Program-made: the position numbers and the translations under genes
Source of the DNA: Candidatus Poribacteria bacterium
GTDB taxonomy: Bacteria; Poribacteria; WGA-4E; PCPOR2b
NCBI GenBank assembly: GCA_965198175.1
Contig: OZ240245.1
Location: 3,616,001 to 3,680,000 of the forward strand
DNA length: 64,000 bases
Reading direction: 5' to 3'
In this document: positions 59,919 through 64,000 of the stretch, piece by piece
How the letters are laid out: every line of letters starts with the position of its first letter
Position numbering within the stretch: the stretch's first letter is position 1
Notes under the pieces: model-generated
Seen by the model: only the letters and a program-made list of their open reading frames with translations
What the model was told of the DNA's origin: nothing
Databases searched by the model: none

Positions 59919-60269
59919 ATGAAAACGGGGGAGCGCCTCAAGCGCGAGCGGCGGGTCTATGGTCGTTTGTACTTCCGCCGCTTGCACTTCCACAACGATT
60001 CATTTTGGCTTGTGTCGTTTCCCAGTCGCAAGGTTTTTGACAATTGCAAGCGTGCGGTCGAGGTGAGGCGGCTGCTAGGCGGGGCGTATCACTGCCGTTT
60101 GGAACGCATGGCTGCCAAAGACGCCAAGTGTGACGAATTAGTAATGGCCAGGCAATGCCATCACTACGAACCGGCGTCGATGATTGCCCTCGTCGAATAC
60201 TTAGAACGTGATTGGAATGGCACGCCCCAATGTCCTGAATATCATTGCATTCCGCCTCTGCCCGATTGA
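59919..60269 (+). CDS. Hypothetical protein inside a CRISPR interval
   Basis: ORF of ~116-128 aa, Cys/His/Arg-rich; no clear RBS; start uncertain. Confidence 0.45.
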   Translation: MKTGERLKRERRVYGRLYFRRLHFHNDSFWLVSFPSRKVFDNCKRAVEVRRLLGGAYHCRLERMAAKDAKCDELVMARQCHHYEPASMIALVEYLERDWNGTPQCPEYHCIPPLPD

Positions 60270-60422
60270 TTGACACAATCGCAGACGCGGCAAAGCGGCT
60301 CTGCGGAACTCGACCGACGGACGAACTAGTGAAGTCTTTTTTGGAGGCGATCAACTACGCAGAGGTTAGAAAATGTCAATAACCTCACGAAGCTATACTA
60401 TAGGGGAGGAGGTGATCAATCA

Positions 60423-60563
60423 ATGGCAAGCAAAAAACGACCTGTTTACCCTGATAACCTGCCGAGCAAAAAAGAAGGAGCCAATGCGGGTAAAGGTAGA
60501 ACAAACAACCCTAACCCAAAACACGGGAAGGCTCGTGACAAGTCTACATCTCGCAAAAAGTAG
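60423..60563 (+). CDS. 46-aa highly basic peptide
   Basis: GGAGGAGGTGA RBS; MASKKRPVYPDNLPSKKEGANAGKGRTNNPNPKHGKARDKSTSRKK; followed by a hairpin. Confidence 0.65.
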   Translation: MASKKRPVYPDNLPSKKEGANAGKGRTNNPNPKHGKARDKSTSRKK

Positions 60564-60570
60564 CATTATC

Positions 60571-60611
60571 GCCCTCAGGGAAGGCTTGGCTTACAATCTT
60601 TCCTTGAGGGC
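60571..60611 (+). terminator. Stem-loop after the basic peptide gene
   Basis: GCCCTCAGGGAAGG / TCTTTCCTTGAGGGC; no clear U-tract. Confidence 0.4.
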
Positions 60612-60674
60612 TAAGGATGCAAATCAGAAATATCTGTTCCACTATGGTGGATGTTTGCGTAGGAGGAAATCATT

Positions 60675-60791
60675 ATGAACGACTACCGACGATGGGAAAT
60701 ACAAAATCCGATGCCGTGGTGGAAGATTCTCTTAATCTGGGTGGTGGCAGGGATTTTTTTTTGCCTACTCCACGGGCTGGGTTGTGATTAA
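60675..60791 (+). CDS. 38-aa single-TM peptide
   Basis: AGGAGG RBS; MNDYRRWEIQNPMPWWKILLIWVVAGIFFCLLHGLGCD. Confidence 0.6.
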   Translation: MNDYRRWEIQNPMPWWKILLIWVVAGIFFCLLHGLGCD

Positions 60792-60812
60792 AAAAGACAG
60801 TAGAGAGTGACT

Positions 60813-60898
60813 AGCGGACTGAAAGAACCACAAGCCCATAGCCTTGATTCACTTGCTGAGAGTTGCACTCTTTGACGCGATTACAAGCGGACTGAAAG
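60813..60898 (+). CRISPR. Mini-array: 3' partial repeat (13 nt) + 36-nt spacer + full repeat
   Basis: AGCGGACTGAAAG (60813-60825), spacer AACCACAAGCCCATAGCCTTGATTCACTTGCTGAGA, full repeat 60862-60898. Confidence 0.85.
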
Positions 60899-60933
60899 CG
60901 ACGAAACGTGGACGTTTAAAGGAGAATTGAAGG

Positions 60934-61263
60934 ATGAAAAATAAGAATGAATTAGGCGGTTGCGGAACATTCGCTGTGATCGTATATGTAAGCGTAGTAG
61001 GTATCATTGCCGTTATTTGGATAATAGTAGAGGGTATACCTTATGTTGCAAAAGGCTTTTTGAAAGGCTTAAATGCTGTGGAAACTCGTGTTGGACCAAC
61101 AGTTCGTAGAATAACCAACGAATCTACTTTACAAGATTTAAGAGACGATTACTACCATGGCATGAAAACCCCAAAGGGCTGGGACGCTGGCGAGTGGTAC
61201 AAATACAAAACCGAAACCCCTGGAAAAGCACTCCGATACCTTGACCGCTTGGCAATGGATTAG
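60934..61263 (+). CDS. Hypothetical single-TM protein inside a CRISPR interval
   Basis: AAAGGAGA RBS; N-terminal hydrophobic helix; ATG 35 nt after the repeat. Confidence 0.7.
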   Translation: MKNKNELGGCGTFAVIVYVSVVGIIAVIWIIVEGIPYVAKGFLKGLNAVETRVGPTVRRITNESTLQDLRDDYYHGMKTPKGWDAGEWYKYKTETPGKALRYLDRLAMD

Positions 61264-61296
61264 CGCATTGACAACTTTTTAACTTGAGGAGACTTT

Positions 61297-61518
61297 ATGC
61301 CACGAACCTTTTATAGTCGTTCCGATATAGTTGGCACCATCTCAATGCACAATATGCAAATTACAGATACGTTAGACCAAATCAAACGTGCCTTATCCGC
61401 TTATGGAAAAGACGCCGAACTTGTTGAATGGGAAAATGAAGTTGAGGAGTTATTAAACACGCTCAAATCTAAGGCAAATACTTATGAGAAGGTTTTTAAG
61501 ATTCGTCCTCTTCAATAA
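61297..61518 (+). CDS. Hypothetical 73-aa helical protein inside a CRISPR interval
   Basis: GAGGAG RBS; AT-rich; amphipathic helices. Confidence 0.65.
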   Translation: MPRTFYSRSDIVGTISMHNMQITDTLDQIKRALSAYGKDAELVEWENEVEELLNTLKSKANTYEKVFKIRPLQ

Positions 61519-61602
61519 GGGAGATTAGCGGCATCTTCTGCTAATAGTCGTGCATTTACTTTACTGAGTATTCTGTCAGCAGCATCAGTAAGCATGTGGA
61601 AA

Positions 61603-61714
61603 GCCGCACTACCTTTGCCGCGATTACAAGCGGACTGAAAGATTAGAACCCCTGCGCTAAACGCAAGCGATGGAATCGTTGCACTCTTTGACGCGATTAC
61701 AAGCGGAATCACAA
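61603..61714 (+). CRISPR. Mini-array: degenerate repeat + 36-nt spacer + 3'-degenerate terminal repeat
   Basis: GCCGCACTACCTTTGCCGCGATTACAAGCGGACTGAAAG (61603-61641), spacer ATTAGAACCCCTGCGCTAAACGCAAGCGATGGAATC, repeat matching the first 30 nt (61678-61707). Confidence 0.85.
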
Positions 61715-62089
61715 TCCAATAGAACGAATGTACTCGTAGGCCCAGTAGGTGCGTAGCGTTTACGTCCAAGCTTGAGCCCAGATAATCTGTCATGTGTTTG
61801 TTGGCGAAATAGATAAAGACAACCCGAAAATGCCAATCAAAGCATTGACATTAACTACGACTCCCAACGGCGGAAGCCATCACCATATACAACAATGAAG
61901 AAGAGTCCGTTGTTCGGATAGACATTGACGATCGCGAGAACCCCTCTATTAACTGTTAACAAATCACAAGGATGCGTTTGCACCTGTCATTGAAAACGTG
62001 ACGAAAACCCAGAAACCCAGTAAGTGAATGAATTCTCGCGTGTGGTCCGCCATTCGCTTTAACGAAAAATAACAAAATGATAAAATATC

Positions 62090-62119
62090 TTGACAACAGA
62101 TGATACCATCCCGTACAAT
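62090..62119 (+). promoter_or_regulatory. sigma70-type promoter with no adjacent ORF
   Basis: TTGACA-18nt-TACAAT. Confidence 0.45.
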
Positions 62120-62648
62120 AGAAGCATTAATCTTATGACGCTCTTTAAAAGCTGATCGGCAAGCCCAATAAGAGGCAGCCGGCATCGTCTTTGAACCCTA
62201 GACCGCAACAGATAGGCAGCACGAGTCACTGACTACTCGCCACTGCTTTTCCTGTGAACAACCCCTTATTTGAATAACCACCGCGCAAGCGGGCAAGACA
62301 AACCCGAATGAGGCAGTCTTGAATCTAAAACTGTCGCTTTTGGGTTTTTTTTGCTCGCTGCACCAACGACTGAAGCTTCAATGCCTCAAATTACACATGC
62401 TGAAAATGGATTACTATCCAAATCCAATCGCCTGAAACCGCTCTACAACTGGGTTGAAATTACTCGCATTTTATTCTTAATCCATTTCAAAAAATTTTCA
62501 CATCGCCCGAACCCGCTCCACTACGAGATCTCGGCCCGGAAAGAGGGAATTTCTGACCGCCAAAAATGGATTAGAATAGACTGAAGCCCAATCTTAAAGC
62601 AATGAGGTGAAAAAAATGCGCAAACAAATCCAAAATGAAATCAGTTTT

Positions 62649-62878
62649 TGTAGGTTGGGTTGAGCGGTGATGATGAAACATGTGGACTATGACGAATCGG
62701 TTTGTTGGTCAATTGAATTCGAGAATTGTTGGATGAAGCGAAACGCAACGCTTTTTTATGCTTGAGATTGTGTTGAACGGGGTACGTGAGCAGAAAAACT
62801 ACGGCCTAACTTCGCTATGGTGAACTGCAGAAACTAACGCAGTCGCTATTCGCTCAGTTGATCTCAACCCAACCTACA
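62649..62878. mobile_element. GTAG-type REP/MITE element, copy 2
   Basis: Perfect 16-bp terminal inverted repeats TGTAGGTTGGGTTGAG / CTCAACCCAACCTACA. Confidence 0.7.
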
Positions 62879-62919
62879 AGAACTACAAAAGCTAACGCTA
62901 AAGTAAGGGGGATTTTAAG

Positions 62920-63645
62920 ATGATTCGTGTATTTGCATCATTGGTGCTTGTCTTGGTATGCACAACCTGCGTTTTCTCTCACCCTGTTACCCTGAGATTC
63001 AATGTTACAAGTTTAACGGAAGAATCACATATAGTGGTTCATGGCGTAGTTGAAAGCTTACAATATGTGTGGCGTGACAATCTTGCCCCTCGCCGGACGA
63101 CGGACGTTACAATTAGAATCCAAGACATACCCAAAGGCGAACCCAACCTTGGAGACGACCGAGTTATTTTCATGATTCCTGGCGGACGGGGATTAGAGGT
63201 GCCTCATACACCCAAATTTGACGTAGGAGAAAAGGTGTTGCTATTCCTGTTTTACACTCCAAGAGGGCCAGAAGCATGGCGGAAAATTCATGGTGGGCTT
63301 GTCGTAATCAATAAAAGGGAAGTGGCAAATGATACGGAGGTATCTATTCCGTACACAACATATAAGGATAGGGTAGACGGTGGGAGCCCTGAAGTTATAG
63401 ATTTCGATAAACCCATACATCTTCCTATCGATTTGGTGGTTAAGCTAGCAGAAGCTGCGTCTAAAGAGCCCCTACTGGTTTTAAGAGCCGAGGAACCAAT
63501 AATCGAATTTGCTAAACACGCAGAGTGGATTGAGTCGAGTAGGTTTACTAAGCCGGGCAAGGACTTATTGGACAGCGTGAAAGCAGATATTGATGAAATT
63601 CTAAAATTGAGCGCAAGGAAGGAGGAAAACGATAATAAAAAGTAG
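62920..63645 (+). CDS. Secreted hypothetical protein
   Basis: Signal peptide; L...S..VV.G.V...PGG.....P.F.VGE.VLLFL beta-domain. Confidence 0.75.
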   Translation: MIRVFASLVLVLVCTTCVFSHPVTLRFNVTSLTEESHIVVHGVVESLQYVWRDNLAPRRTTDVTIRIQDIPKGEPNLGDDRVIFMIPGGRGLEVPHTPKFDVGEKVLLFLFYTPRGPEAWRKIHGGLVVINKREVANDTEVSIPYTTYKDRVDGGSPEVIDFDKPIHLPIDLVVKLAEAASKEPLLVLRAEEPIIEFAKHAEWIESSRFTKPGKDLLDSVKADIDEILKLSARKEENDNKK

Positions 63646-64000
63646 AATAGCAATGATACTGGTGCTAATGGCTAATTTCTAGGCAACGATGGAATGAACC
63701 GGGTCCAGTGGTCGTAAGTTAGGTAGAGCAGTTTCGAAAAGGGTTGCTGCATAAGAAGGATTTGGTTTCGGGGGCTGAATTGGTCGTGATTCAATCGAAA
63801 CCGAACTCTCTTTATGTGCTTGACAATGTGATTAGCGGGGGCCGTGAGCGGAAATAATGTGGAGAAAGCTATCGTACTCGCTATTCGCTCGCTTGATTCT
63901 ATTCGGTCAATTGAGTTGTTCGCTCAGTTGATTGTATGGAATGCGTAACGGTAAATTTCCGGCGGGACGAATTTGGAACTTCGGAGAAAACTATCGCCTT

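Noticed and set aside
60373..60678. 101-aa track ORF in the CRISPR interval
   Set aside because: The strong RBS points to the 46-aa ORF in another frame, and this ORF runs through the hairpin
62351..62584. 77-aa ORF
   Set aside because: No RBS or recognisable motif; cannot be supported
57500..64000. cas genes or a tracrRNA near the repeats
   Set aside because: No ORF with recognisable Cas motifs and no anti-repeat found by eye; the repeat looks class 1
1..64000. tRNA, rRNA, integrase or transposase genes
   Set aside because: None recognised by eye; tRNAscan-SE and HMM searches were not run

Overview
Bacterial chromosomal window, most consistent with Candidatus Poribacteria. This is an inference from the 'LPENAKARLGKG' WD40 protein, the C-terminal 'K.L.TWG.LK' motifs, the PhyH paralogues and a DUF6785-like membrane protein. 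1-31 kb and 38.7-57.5 kb are mostly ordinary genes: BatA/vWA, three tandem TolB-like propellers, PhyH dioxygenases, a two-component pair, ClpX, yicC-gmk, DsbA/VKOR, a sulfite/nitrite reductase-TusA fusion and PEPCK. Two accessory regions stand out. (1) 31.2-38.5 kb is a defence/TA island with decayed integron attC-like sites, pseudogenised cassettes and two chimeric genes. (2) 59.3-61.7 kb is the strongest candidate for an undescribed system. A CRISPR leader and 37-nt class 1-type repeats (GTTGCACTCTTTGACGCGATTACAAGCGGACTGAAAG) occur with no cas genes in the window. Normal 36-nt spacers alternate with 0.7-1 kb intervals carrying small, same-strand ORFs, most with their own RBS. A promoter and a compact predicted structured RNA lie upstream, and two copies of a MITE-like element bracket the block. 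All family assignments come from motif recognition by eye; no database searches were run.
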